Below, one piece after another: positions 49,336-59,563 of a stretch of 64,000 nucleotides of DNA. Position 1 is the stretch's first letter. Each line of letters starts with the position of its first letter. Position numbers and translations under genes: made by a program. The stretch comes from a bacterium (GTDB taxonomy: Bacteria; Hinthialibacterota; Hinthialibacteria; Hinthialibacterales; Hinthialibacteraceae), in NCBI GenBank assembly GCA_041946805.1, contig JBHGBC010000006.1, positions 29,297 to 93,296 of the forward strand. Direction: 5' to 3'. The notes beneath the pieces were generated by a model. The model saw only the letters and a program-made list of their open reading frames with translations, had not been told where the DNA came from and did not search any database.

Positions 49336-50145
49336 TTAGGATTTTTTTCCAAGATTTTCATACAACCGGGCCAGCCGGCGCGCGTGTTCGTCGTAGGCGT
49401 TCTCGAACAACCAGGCCGATCGTTCGCTGCCCACCAGCGCCGAAGCGGTCAGCACGAAGGGCGGTGAGCCGGCCCGGGTCAGGCGCGCCGCGGTCTGGGC
49501 CTTGAGGGCATTGATCAACAGGCACCCCCCGATGGTCGATCCCGGAGCCACGGGGGTGTCCAGCCCCGGCACCTGGATCATGGCGTCGCCCGGCGGAGCG
49601 CCGGTGTCCAGCGCCAGGTCGGCGAAATCCGTCAGTTTGCGGCCCCGTGGATCGGCGCTGACGCAGGCTTCCGCGTGGCGGCGGCTGACGATCACCACTA
49701 CCTTCAGGCCGCGTTTCTGGAACTCCTCCGCCATCTCGATGGGGACCCGGTTGCACCCGCTGGACGAGATCACCAGGGCGGAATCGGGCGGCGAAATGTC
49801 GAAATTGCGCAGGATGCGGGATGCCAGGCCGCTGACGTTTTCGAGAAACATCGCCTGCCGCTGCCCGTTCGATCCCACCACCGACGTGTGGAACGTCAGC
49901 GACAACTCGACGATGGGATGAAAACCCGGAAACGAGCCGTACCGCGGCCACATTTCCTCCACCATGATGCGGCTGTGCCCCGAGCCGAACAGGTGCACCA
50001 TGCGCCCGGCGAGGATGGAGGCGGCGAACCATTCGGCCGCTTGCTCGATCGCCGCCTTTTGCGCGGCCACGGTTTCCACCAGTCCGCGGCACTTCTCCAG
50101 GTACATCTCCGTGGGGGACAAGGCTGGATGGGTATCGTTCATCAT
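49336..50145 (-). CDS. SIS-domain sugar isomerase-like protein
   Basis: HLFGSGHSR, VISSSG, LTDFADLALDTGAPPGDA, APGSTIGG. Confidence 0.85.
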   Translation of the reverse strand: MMNDTHPALSPTEMYLEKCRGLVETVAAQKAAIEQAAEWFAASILAGRMVHLFGSGHSRIMVEEMWPRYGSFPGFHPIVELSLTFHTSVVGSNGQRQAMFLENVSGLASRILRNFDISPPDSALVISSSGCNRVPIEMAEEFQKRGLKVVVIVSRRHAEACVSADPRGRKLTDFADLALDTGAPPGDAMIQVPGLDTPVAPGSTIGGCLLINALKAQTAARLTRAGSPPFVLTASALVGSERSAWLFENAYDEHARRLARLYENLGKKS

Positions 50146-50148
50146 GCG

Positions 50149-50949
50149 TCAATCCGTTTGGGATGCGTTCGGATAGGGCCCTTCGCTCACGCTCCATCCG
50201 CCGTCGACGGCCAGGATCTGTCCCGTGACGAACCGTGACGCGGCGGACAGGAAAAACACCACGGCGGCGTCGAGATCCGATGGCTGGCCCGCGCGCCCGC
50301 CGCCGAGGGGCTGCCGGGTTTTCAAATAGACTTGGATGTCCGGATCGCTCATCGCGCGCCGGGCCATGGGAGTGTCCACCAGCCCCGGCAGCACGGCGTT
50401 GATACGAATATCGCGCGGCGCGTAATAAGCTGCGCACGAACGCGTAAAACCTTCGATGGCGGCCTTGGCGGCGGCGTAGGCATGGGTCGCGAAATACCGG
50501 GGCGCGGGATGCGTGCTTAGCACGGAACCCATGTTCAAGATACTGCCTCCCGTGCCTTGGCGCAAAAATTGCCGTACCGCCGCGCGGTTGGAATAAAAAA
50601 CCGATGTGAGGTTCAGCCGCAGGGTTTCGTTCCAGCCCTCATCGGTCATTTCATGCAGGGGGCCGTCGCCCCATTTCCGCCCGCTCCCCCCAGCTACATG
50701 ATAGAGGCCGTGAAATCCGCCGAATTCCCGCACGGCCATCTCGATGGCGCGGGGCGCGGTTTCCAGATCCCGCGCATCTCCGGTGATGACCAGCGCCGCT
50801 TCGCCGAATTCAGCGGCCGCCGCCTGGCTTGAAGCTTCATCCAGGCCCACGCACACAGCCTTCGCCCCCGCGGCCAGGCAGGCTTGCGCTCCCGCCGATC
50901 CCAGCCCCGTGGTGCCCCCGATGATCACGATCACATGTCCGGCCAACAT
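50149..50949 (-). CDS. Short-chain dehydrogenase/reductase
   Basis: IGGTTGLG, ILNMGSV, YAAAK, RINAVLPG, TGQILAVDGGW; start may lie upstream (ORF open to 51003). Confidence 0.9.
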   Translation of the reverse strand: MLAGHVIVIIGGTTGLGSAGAQACLAAGAKAVCVGLDEASSQAAAAEFGEAALVITGDARDLETAPRAIEMAVREFGGFHGLYHVAGGSGRKWGDGPLHEMTDEGWNETLRLNLTSVFYSNRAAVRQFLRQGTGGSILNMGSVLSTHPAPRYFATHAYAAAKAAIEGFTRSCAAYYAPRDIRINAVLPGLVDTPMARRAMSDPDIQVYLKTRQPLGGGRAGQPSDLDAAVVFFLSAASRFVTGQILAVDGGWSVSEGPYPNASQTD

Positions 50950-51078
50950 GCCTCGATCCAATTGCTTGTTCCTCAATAGTGATGTGCGGAGTGAAAGCGT
51001 CAAGTTGGATTTAGAAAGCGAGATGAATTGGATTTCATGGAAAAACGCGTTATCGTTGAAAAATGACTCCCCCTCCCC

Positions 51079-51600
51079 TCACAGCGCCACGCCTGTGGCC
51101 CCCTCGAGCCACAGCAACGCGCGCTTGACCTCCACCCCGCAGCCGAATCCGCCCAGCTGGCCGTTGGTGGCGATCACCCGGTGGCAGGGGACGATGATGG
51201 GAATCCGGTTGCGGGCCATCGCCATCCCCACCGCCCGCGCCGCACGCGGATAACCGGCCTGGACCGCCAGCTCGCCGTACGTGATCACCTGACCGTAGGG
51301 AATCCGGCACAGGGTTTCCCATACCTTTACTTGAAAGGCGGTCCCGGAGAAATAGGGTTCGACCGTGTAATGGGACCGGGCGCCCTTCAGGTATTCACTC
51401 AACTCCCGGGCGATTTTCTCTCCCAACCGGTTCTGACCCGCCACGGGTTCATACCCAATCTCGCGCAAGGTTTCGCGGACGTGTTCCTCGGACTGGTTGC
51501 CGATCGAGAGGCAAAGCACCTTGCCCCCTCCATGCCCGGCGCTTACCGGTCCCAGGAGGCTCTCGATCGTGGTAATCATCGCTTTTGGGTTTTTATTCAT
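51079..51600 (-). CDS. ogt: Methylated-DNA-protein-cysteine methyltransferase
   Basis: GTAFQVKVW, IPYGQVITYGELA, AARAVG, IIVPCHRVI. Confidence 0.93.
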   Translation of the reverse strand: MNKNPKAMITTIESLLGPVSAGHGGGKVLCLSIGNQSEEHVRETLREIGYEPVAGQNRLGEKIARELSEYLKGARSHYTVEPYFSGTAFQVKVWETLCRIPYGQVITYGELAVQAGYPRAARAVGMAMARNRIPIIVPCHRVIATNGQLGGFGCGVEVKRALLWLEGATGVAL

Positions 51601-51647
51601 GGATTTGTCCGCTTACAGAGGGGATTGGAATAGAGTATCGTATTTTC

Positions 51648-51956
51648 ATGTGCGCCGAGAAGGGGATCAAGTTCGTTTGCGATCTGTGCGGACGGTTGAT
51701 CGAGGTGGGACGTCCCCGCTTCATCTTCCGGGGCGAACTCTTTTGCGCCTATGACGGCGGCGCCTTCGACGAAACCCCCTCCACTCCGCCCGCCGGTCTC
51801 CGCGAAGAGATGAAGCGCCTTATCGCCCTGATGGAGCAACGCAGCGAAAAAGATCTGATGGATGAGGTTCACTACGCGTTTGAACTGGACCTCTGTTCAG
51901 CCTGCCGCGCCCTGCTGTATCGCCTTCTGGACCGCCGGCCCTGGCCTCTTGAATGA
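51648..51956 (+). CDS. Small hypothetical protein with two CxxC motifs (zinc-ribbon-like)
   Basis: FVCDLCG and LDLCSAC; coding-like GC3. Confidence 0.7.
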   Translation: MCAEKGIKFVCDLCGRLIEVGRPRFIFRGELFCAYDGGAFDETPSTPPAGLREEMKRLIALMEQRSEKDLMDEVHYAFELDLCSACRALLYRLLDRRPWPLE

Positions 51957-51975
51957 CAGGATCTCCGGCTCGGTT

Positions 51976-52665
51976 TTATCGGTATGGCGCGTCTTTTTCG
52001 TCCATCCGCCGCCGCTCCATGGTGCGGCTCGCACAGTGCCGGCGTTTTTCCAACTCCCGGGCTCCAGTACGCGCGGCCGTGACCATCCCGGACGGCTCCC
52101 GCCGCGGCGGGGGGATGGGCGGTATGTTCTCGGGAGGAGAGGGCGGCTCTTCCCGTTCCGGATACAGGATGCGTATGGGTAGCTGATCCTCGGGCGGCTT
52201 CACCAGATCCTTGGCGAAGCAGCGCAAGGCGGCCTTGAGCAACTCGGTGGCGTAGGCCAAGGATTCCGGATCTTCGAGGTTCGTCTTTCGGAACAATTCC
52301 ATACAAGTGTCTTCCACCGGGGGCGGGACTTCGATACGGTTCAGATTGTCCAGGTGAAAATATCCTTGCCGGAAACACCATTGCATCATGTCTTTCTTCA
52401 TGACGATTTTCCGGTTCCAATCGAATTCGGCGAGGATTTGCTTGACGGTGACGCTTTCGCCCTTGTGGTGCAAGTAGTGATACATCCGCAGGATCTCCCG
52501 GTAGAACTTCTCCTCGCAGTCCAGCCTCCGCTTTTGGAAATGGACGGGGTGATAACAAGGAAAGCCTTCGATGGTTTCGTCATAGCGGCCCGCGAACATG
52601 TGCCCGCAGATGACGCAACGGATATGTTTCACCTGGTTCTTGAAGAAATCCGAAAACTGATTCAT
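51976..52665 (-). CDS. Hypothetical protein
   Basis: 229-aa ORF with CVICGH motif, coding-like GC3 and Pro-rich tail; no family recognised. Confidence 0.7.
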   Translation of the reverse strand: MNQFSDFFKNQVKHIRCVICGHMFAGRYDETIEGFPCYHPVHFQKRRLDCEEKFYREILRMYHYLHHKGESVTVKQILAEFDWNRKIVMKKDMMQWCFRQGYFHLDNLNRIEVPPPVEDTCMELFRKTNLEDPESLAYATELLKAALRCFAKDLVKPPEDQLPIRILYPEREEPPSPPENIPPIPPPRREPSGMVTAARTGARELEKRRHCASRTMERRRMDEKDAPYR

Positions 52666-52808
52666 TATGTGCCTTTATTTGTAAAGATACGTTATTATAT
52701 GTCACATTATATTATAACATATTTTGGCCGAATGGTAGAGTGGACTAAATGGAGTGAATCGCCCCCTCATCACCGGCCTGCCACGCAGGAATGTCGAGAG
52801 GACTTATC

Positions 52809-53285
52809 ATGAACATGCCGGATAACCTGGTAACCATCGAATCCGTGGAATGCCGGATCGCCCGGCTCGAGGATATCATCGGATTGCGCCAGGAAGTGCT
52901 GATCAAGGGCACCGGCCGCGTGTCCCCGGAATTCCCCGGCGACCGGGACGCCACCACCCGGCATTTCGGCGCATTTTACCAGGAGCGGATTTTGGGCTGC
53001 CTGACCTTCATGCTGAACGAATGGCTGGGAAATCCGGCCTGGCAATTGCGCGGCATGGCCACGGACCCGGCGTTCACGGGGAAGGGAATCGGCCGGAAAC
53101 TGCTGCGCTTCGCGGAAACCCACCTCCTACGGGTATCGCCCGTGCGCCGCCTGTGGTGCAACGCCCGGACCGGCGCGGTGGGATTCTACCTGAAACAAGG
53201 CTGGCGGTTGGAATCGGACGAATTCCTCATCCCCGGCGTCGGCCCGCATTACAAAATGAGCAAAACAATCGAAGAAGGGGATTAG
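52809..53285 (+). CDS. GNAT family N-acetyltransferase
   Basis: LRQEVL, WQLRGMATDPAFTGKGIGRKL, LWCNARTGAVGFY, VGPHYKM. Confidence 0.9.
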   Translation: MNMPDNLVTIESVECRIARLEDIIGLRQEVLIKGTGRVSPEFPGDRDATTRHFGAFYQERILGCLTFMLNEWLGNPAWQLRGMATDPAFTGKGIGRKLLRFAETHLLRVSPVRRLWCNARTGAVGFYLKQGWRLESDEFLIPGVGPHYKMSKTIEEGD

Positions 53286-53287
53286 TT

Positions 53288-54409
53288 TTATCGATGGTGG
53301 ACCGTGAAGGGATTGTAAATTCGGGAGGCGGGGGCGGACCGCAACGCGGATTGAATCATGATGAACTCGCCCACGTTGTCCAGGGTCAAGAGGCCGGCCA
53401 GCTCGCCGTGCTGCAACACCAGCAGGGTCCGGCACTCGGCGCTTTGCATCCGGGGGAAAACGCTCTCGAGCATGTCGTACGCATCGGCGGATTCAAAATC
53501 CCTCCGCATCACTTCGGCGGCGGGCGTGTCCTGCCCCTGCCGGGCCAGCGCCACCAGCAGGTCGCCACGCGTCAGGATTCCCACCACCCGCCCCTGTTCC
53601 ATGACCGGGAAATCTTGCTGCGATCCGCTCAAGATCAACTCCACGGCGGCGGCCAGAGTGTCCGTGGAGCGGAGCACGTTGAAATTCGTGAGCATGGCCT
53701 GCTTCACGGGAATGCCGCCTAGGGCCGATTTCATCTGCACCAAACTCGATTCCTGCGCCGCGCCAATCCACACAAAGAAGGCGATGAAAATGAGAAACGG
53801 ATTGAAGAAAAAGCCGATGAATCCGAAGATCAACGCCATCCCCTGGCCCAGGCTGGCGGCGATATGCGTGGCGGTGGTGTAATCCAGAAAACCCGCCAGA
53901 AAGGCGCGGACCACCCGGCCGCCGTCCATGGGAAACGCGGGCAGCAGATTGAAGACCACTAGAAATAGATTGACCAGCATCAGGCGTTCCAAGAACGACC
54001 CGCCCGTCACCGTCAGCGCGGCGAGGGGTTCCCATGTGGAACTGAGCACCAGCCAGGCAAAAATCAGCGACGCGATGACGACATTGACGGCCGGCCCCGC
54101 CAGCGCCACCCACAATTCCTGCATCGGCTGCGTGGGCATCCGCTCGAGCCGGGCCAGGCCGCCGATGGGCAGCAACGTGATGTCACGGGTTTTGATGTCG
54201 AACCGCCGCGCCATCAGCGAATGGCCGAACTCGTGCAGCAGCACGCACGCGAATATGCAAAGGATGAACGCGACGCCCTCCAGGGCTTCCCGCACGTTGT
54301 ACCCTTCCAGCCAGTGGACCAAAAAAATCCAGCCGATGAGGATGAAAAACGTGGCGTGAATATAGACGACGATACCCGACACCGTGCCCAATCGGAATGA
54401 CCATTTCAT
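53288..54409 (-). CDS. Site-2 protease (M50) with CBS domains
   Basis: LLHEFGH, LLPIGG, AGPAVN, FNLLPAFPMDGGR, C-terminal CBS pair. Confidence 0.93.
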   Translation of the reverse strand: MKWSFRLGTVSGIVVYIHATFFILIGWIFLVHWLEGYNVREALEGVAFILCIFACVLLHEFGHSLMARRFDIKTRDITLLPIGGLARLERMPTQPMQELWVALAGPAVNVVIASLIFAWLVLSSTWEPLAALTVTGGSFLERLMLVNLFLVVFNLLPAFPMDGGRVVRAFLAGFLDYTTATHIAASLGQGMALIFGFIGFFFNPFLIFIAFFVWIGAAQESSLVQMKSALGGIPVKQAMLTNFNVLRSTDTLAAAVELILSGSQQDFPVMEQGRVVGILTRGDLLVALARQGQDTPAAEVMRRDFESADAYDMLESVFPRMQSAECRTLLVLQHGELAGLLTLDNVGEFIMIQSALRSAPASRIYNPFTVHHR

Positions 54410-54586
54410 ACCGGATTTCCTCTCTCTGATTTCCGGGATTCGATTCGTATGGATTATAGTTGATTTTCGAGGAAGGGACGGGGTGTTTGTATGTTGGCGA
54501 GGGGGCAGATGGATAGGAATCTGTATCAAATAATTTTGGGAATCTAATTAACAAGATTTAAATAATTATAATTAAATTATTTTTAT

Positions 54587-55048
54587 TTATAATTTTTTTG
54601 AGTGAACTAAAAAAGAATCCAATTCACGTTCAAGGAGACTAAACGTATTCACCAAATCTGGAATGAGATGCGCCATTTTCTGCCAGTTTAGCTGATGGGA
54701 ATACGCTTGGCGAAAAACATGACGAAAATCAAGATATACCCGTAGCCGGTTCCGGAGTTCCCCCGTCAGTACGGCGGGGCGGGACGGATTAGTTTTGGCC
54801 ATTTGATCTAATAAGTCTCGATGCCAATTGGCAGTTTTGGGGAGAGTGCCATCGATTTCCTTGGCAATCCTTTAAAAAATGTTTTCTACGCCTGTATAAA
54901 AAGAATTCAAAAGGGCGGCTAAGGCTAATAGTTCAACGGAGTTTGGAATTGATTGCTGGCAGTGCTTAAGAAGCATGTCATATGTGTTTAAGAGGTGATG
55001 GAGTTGTTCTCTTTCCAATTCCACTTGTTTTTGAGCATCAGTCCACAC
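54587..55048 (-). pseudogene. HepT-like (HEPN) ribonuclease toxin with in-frame stop
   Basis: GTG 55048: MWTDAQKQVELE...LNSFYTGVENIF*RIAKEIDG...WHRDLLDQM...FRHVFRQAY...; TAA at 54874-54872, same frame as ORF 54587..54802. Confidence 0.8.
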
Positions 55049-55337
55049 GGATAAGTTCCCCTTCTTGTCTTAAATAACGAGTAAAAGGGGTGTTTTCATC
55101 CAGATCGATCAGGTCAAGAGGAATATTTATAGCATCCCCCGCTTCTCCCATGGCAGCGAAAAATTTTTCGGGCGGCAATCCCGATATCGCGATATCCAGG
55201 TCAGAGAGCTCATGCGATTGATCCCAGGCTGCCGAACCGAACAGATAAATCTCTTTGGCGCCATATTTCTTCAAGATATAGGATACTTTGATCACAAAGG
55301 ATCGCAACTCGTTTTCCATGGCCACCCTCATTTTCAA
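55038..55337 (-). CDS. Minimal nucleotidyltransferase (MNT) antitoxin
   Basis: IYLFGSAA..SDLDIAISG..LDLIDL..EGELI; overlaps the start of the HEPN gene. Confidence 0.88.
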   Translation of the reverse strand: MKMRVAMENELRSFVIKVSYILKKYGAKEIYLFGSAAWDQSHELSDLDIAISGLPPEKFFAAMGEAGDAINIPLDLIDLDENTPFTRYLRQEGELIRVD

Positions 55338-55568
55338 AGCGGTCGCAGCTGGCAGGGTGAAACTCCTAGGAGGCTTCCATGCCCACGCATAAAGATATTA
55401 TAGCCTTTTCCTATTATAACATTTATCCATGCTGGCAGGTCTCAAAGCACCGTGCCGCCCCGTGTAATGTCCCCTGCCTGTCGCATCCCCGAAGGGGATG
55501 CACGTGAGTAGCCGTAAATTATAACCTACGGCATAAGTTCCAGGACTCGCTAGTGAATCGAGTTCCTC

Positions 55569-58500
55569 TCACAATTCCGACAGCTGATACCGCGCCCAGA
55601 GGTGGCTTTGATTGAGTTCCACCGCCTGCCGGAACTCCTCCTTGGCCTTGTCTTTCTCGCCCTGGCCGAGAAATCCCAATCCTTGGAGAAAATGCCCCGT
55701 GGCCTGGCGCGTCCGGCGTGTTTGTTGCTCGCCGAACTTGGCGAAGAAATCCCCGCCGCCCTCGCGCGAGAGGGTCCGCGCGCCCCGGTCGATCAGCCCT
55801 GCGAACAATTGGGCGGCTTCCTCGTTTTGTCCCAATTCGGCCAGGCTGAGAGCCTTGTAGAAGTTCGGTTCCTGCCAGCGTTGCGAGCCGGATTGGTCCA
55901 CGGCTTGTTGGTATGCTTCCTTGGCCTTCGCGCTCTCGCCCAGCGCCTCAAAGGCCGTGCCAATGAAATACGCCACCTGGGACGCGCGCGGATCGTTCTG
56001 GGGCCGCCCCACCGAAAGGTTCTCGGGATACTCGGAAGCCTTTTGGAAATGCGCCAGCGCTTCCGCGTTCCGCCCGCCTTTCATCTCTTGTAGCCCCTTC
56101 AGCAAATGAGCGTCCGCGTAGATGTCGTGGATCTCCTCGTTGCCTTCCGACACGTGGAAAAAGTTGTCGGCCAGGTAATCGATGGCCTGATCGTATTTTC
56201 CGTTGAGGACCAGCACCCGGATCTCGCGGGTGAAACTCTCCACCCGCTGGACCACCGTCGCGTGGTTTTTCTCCAGGGCCGCCAGCCGCTTTTCCGGTGT
56301 GGCGTTGGCTGATTCGTACAGCATGTCCAACTCCAGGAACAAGCGGGGATCGAGACCGCCGCAGGCGATGGCTTTCTCGTAACATGCAATGGCCTTGGGC
56401 ATATCGTTCTGGATCCGGGAATATACCCACCCTAGGTTGCGGTGCACGGTGGCCAGCGAATCGTCAAGCGCCCGGGATTTTTCCCAGCAGGTCATCGCGT
56501 TCTCCGGCTGCAGGTCGTAGAGCAGGTTGCCCTTGTAATAGTAGGCGCGGGCGTCGTTGGGATTGGCCGCCAGGGCCGCGTCAAGCACCGCCAGAGTCTC
56601 CAGCCGGAATGGGAAACAATAATCGGGAGGCATGGCCGCCGCTTGCTGATAATACGCCGCCGCCTGCTCCGGTTGGCCCTTCTGTTGATGGAAATAGCCC
56701 AAATAGTAGTAAACGAGCGGGTAGGTCCCGGCGAAGGCCATCTTCCCCTCCACCGGGCGTTTCAACACATCGATGGCCTCGTCGAACAGCCCGGCATTCA
56801 GATAATCCGTGGCCAGTTCCAGGTAGGCTTGCGCCTCGTCCCGCATCGCGGTTCGTAGATCCGTGAGTGCCGTTTCCGCGTCCGCATAACCCAACGCTTT
56901 ACGAGCGAGATACAGTTCGTTCATTGCGAAAAAGTCGATCGGATCGATGGCCAGCACCGCTTCGGCCAGCGGTTTCGCGTCCACCGGTTTTCCCATCCTC
57001 CGCAGGACGGCCGCCTTGAGGTTCATGGCCTTGGTGAATTGCGCGTTGGTGACCAGGGCTTGATCCAATTGTTCCAAGGCTTGCGGATAATCACCGCGAT
57101 GGCAGGACAGTTCCGCCAACTGCGCATAGGCCGGGGAGTGGAAGGCCGCGTCCCAGGTGGCGCGGTAGAAATGGTCGATCGCCTCGTTCCATTTCTCTTG
57201 CGCCCGCAAGGCCAGGCCGAGGTAATAATGGGCCTCCGCGTTTTGCGGCCGGGTGTATCCCTCGGAGATCCGTTCGATGGCGGCCCGCAAATGCCCCTCC
57301 GCCTCGGCGTATTGTCCCCGCTTGATTTCGTTGATTGCCAGCAAGGTGTTGGCGCGCGAATCGCCCGGATCCCGCTTCAACGCTTCCTCATAATACGCCA
57401 GCGGATCGACGCTGGGATTGTGGATCTGCTCCACCCGCAGGCCGGTCAGCACCAGCTCTTCGTTGGTCTGGATGTCCGCCGGCGCGGGCGGGGCTTTCAC
57501 AACCTCCGGCAGTTCGGACACCGGTTCCAACTTGACGGGCTGGTAAGCGATCAGCTCCCGGCCCTCCTCGTCCAGCAGGGCGGCGCGCAGATCGGTTTCC
57601 GCGGTTCCCGTGGGAATTTCGACCTCCCGCGTGAACGGTTCCGCCGGGCCGATGTTGGTTTCTTGCTCGAACAAGACCTGATCGCCTGCCTTCAAGACCG
57701 CCTTGACGTGGTCCCGTTTTGTCGTGGCATGGAAACCGATCCACGCCCGGTTTTCGGATTTCAACTCCAGGTTGACGGCCCCGTTGAGGTTGGCGTTTTT
57801 GAATCCGCCGATTCCGCGCACAGGGAACCAGTATTGCTTGAACGTCTTTATCTCGGAGGGCTTGATCCAGCTGTAATCCGGCTGGTTATCCGAAAACGCG
57901 CCGACCATCAGCTCGGCGTAGGGGCCGTCCTCGTCCGTGAGGATTTTGTCCCACATGCGCCCCGCGGGACCGGTCCCCCATTCCCACAATTTCGCCCCGG
58001 TGACCACGTGATGGTTCCCCACATGCACCACCCCCGCCTCCTGGCCGTGGTCATACCCGCCCATGAAATCCTCTTGCCGGTCCCAGGCGAAAAACGAGTT
58101 CGATGCCTCGCTGTTTTTCCACCAGCTGAGATCCACGCCCTTGTAATTCGATCCGCGATAGATCTCGTTGGAGATGGGCCAGTGGGTGAAATCGACCTTG
58201 GAGTGATACGTGGCCACCTGCACGCTGGGCGGGAAATACACTTGGTAATCGTCGTTGACGTGCACCGCCACGTTGGCCCAATACAAAATCGAATGGGGCA
58301 GAGCCGTGCGGTTGAAGAATTTCCCCGTCACTTCGATGTAGGATTGACCGGGACGCAGGGTGATCCCGATGAGCCATTTCATGCGGTGACGGCGCTCGGT
58401 TTCGCCGATCCAGAGAGTCTTGCTGCCATCCGCGTTCTCCGCGATGCGGTGATCCACGGGCATGAAGGTGGTATTGCGGTGATGATGAAACACGCACCAC

Positions 58501-59003
58501 TCGATCCCGCCCGAGATCCACGCCCCCAGCATCCCGATCAGCGCCGGCTTGATCACGTGCTGGCGGTAGAAAAACGGATACCCGTTGGTCTTGTCCACCG
58601 CCGAAAACAAGCGCCCGCCGATTTCGGGCAACACGATCAGCTGGAGGTATTCGTTTTCCAAGTACAGGGCGTTATAGGTTTGATCTTTTTTGACATGGGT
58701 CAGATGATCTTGCAGCGCGTAGGGATAAATCCGCTTCTGCGCGCCCTGGTAGGATTCCTGCGTGTAGAACATGGGATTGGGATCGGGCGGCCCCAACTGG
58801 TACGTGGGAATCACCAGCGCTTCCTCCCACGCCCGCACCTCGCCGGGCGCGTCGGACCAGGCGCCGGGAACCAGCAGTGGTGAGAGGAAAAGAATACAAG
58901 TCAACACCCGGAGGGATCGGCGCGGGAAGAAATGATCCGCAGCCACGGTAAAATAGGTTAAATACAAATCTTGCTTTCTCTTCATTTGTGGAATGCTTGG
59001 CAT
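55569..59003 (-). CDS. DUF5107 domain + TPR repeat protein
   Basis: WEEALVIPTY, LENEYLQLIVLPEIGGR, IKPALIG, WISGGIEW, GAKLWEWG, YAELMVG, NQPD, then many TPR units. Confidence 0.88.
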   Translation of the reverse strand: MPSIPQMKRKQDLYLTYFTVAADHFFPRRSLRVLTCILFLSPLLVPGAWSDAPGEVRAWEEALVIPTYQLGPPDPNPMFYTQESYQGAQKRIYPYALQDHLTHVKKDQTYNALYLENEYLQLIVLPEIGGRLFSAVDKTNGYPFFYRQHVIKPALIGMLGAWISGGIEWCVFHHHRNTTFMPVDHRIAENADGSKTLWIGETERRHRMKWLIGITLRPGQSYIEVTGKFFNRTALPHSILYWANVAVHVNDDYQVYFPPSVQVATYHSKVDFTHWPISNEIYRGSNYKGVDLSWWKNSEASNSFFAWDRQEDFMGGYDHGQEAGVVHVGNHHVVTGAKLWEWGTGPAGRMWDKILTDEDGPYAELMVGAFSDNQPDYSWIKPSEIKTFKQYWFPVRGIGGFKNANLNGAVNLELKSENRAWIGFHATTKRDHVKAVLKAGDQVLFEQETNIGPAEPFTREVEIPTGTAETDLRAALLDEEGRELIAYQPVKLEPVSELPEVVKAPPAPADIQTNEELVLTGLRVEQIHNPSVDPLAYYEEALKRDPGDSRANTLLAINEIKRGQYAEAEGHLRAAIERISEGYTRPQNAEAHYYLGLALRAQEKWNEAIDHFYRATWDAAFHSPAYAQLAELSCHRGDYPQALEQLDQALVTNAQFTKAMNLKAAVLRRMGKPVDAKPLAEAVLAIDPIDFFAMNELYLARKALGYADAETALTDLRTAMRDEAQAYLELATDYLNAGLFDEAIDVLKRPVEGKMAFAGTYPLVYYYLGYFHQQKGQPEQAAAYYQQAAAMPPDYCFPFRLETLAVLDAALAANPNDARAYYYKGNLLYDLQPENAMTCWEKSRALDDSLATVHRNLGWVYSRIQNDMPKAIACYEKAIACGGLDPRLFLELDMLYESANATPEKRLAALEKNHATVVQRVESFTREIRVLVLNGKYDQAIDYLADNFFHVSEGNEEIHDIYADAHLLKGLQEMKGGRNAEALAHFQKASEYPENLSVGRPQNDPRASQVAYFIGTAFEALGESAKAKEAYQQAVDQSGSQRWQEPNFYKALSLAELGQNEEAAQLFAGLIDRGARTLSREGGGDFFAKFGEQQTRRTRQATGHFLQGLGFLGQGEKDKAKEEFRQAVELNQSHLWARYQLSEL

Positions 59004-59300
59004 GACGTTGCTCTCCTTGTGAAGTCAGGCCTGCGTGCTTCCCCGGTGTGATTCTTCCGATCTGTTTCTCGCGATAATATAAATCCTGGAAAGGCCGAAA
59101 GCCTATCCTGCCACCTCCAGGTACAGGAAAAAGTGTAAAGTAGACAACCGGCATGGGTCAACCACAACCGGGCGAAGACCTCCATCCGAGAATCCGCGCC
59201 GGCCGGAAGGATCCGATATTCGGCTTAGCCGGGAAGGGCGTTTTTTTTCAGATGCCCGGCCGGCATACCCTCGAAATGATCAATTCGTGCCACTCCAATA

Positions 59301-59368
59301 TCCCCTCTCCCTCTGAGAGAAGAATAGGGGAAGGGAATTTTGGTGGGAGTGGAACTTCATGTCCGCCC
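59301..59368 (-). repeat. Degenerate composite REP doublet
   Basis: TCCCCTCTCCCTCTGAGAGAAG..GGGGAAGGGAAT + GGGAGTGGAACTTCATGTCCGCCC, colinear with the reverse complement of 2043-2110. Confidence 0.6.
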
Positions 59369-59563
59369 GTATCAAGAAGTGGATGGAATATCTTTTCCCC
59401 ATCCTGTACGCACTTCCTGGATGCGCTCAATATTCGGATATTGTAAATAATTCAGGATTCTAACCTATCTCATTTTTGGGAATTGTCTTGACAATGGGAT
59501 TGTCCGCGTGATATACAAAATAGTCTGGATGATCTATTCAATTATGGCAAAAAGGAGGGAAAA

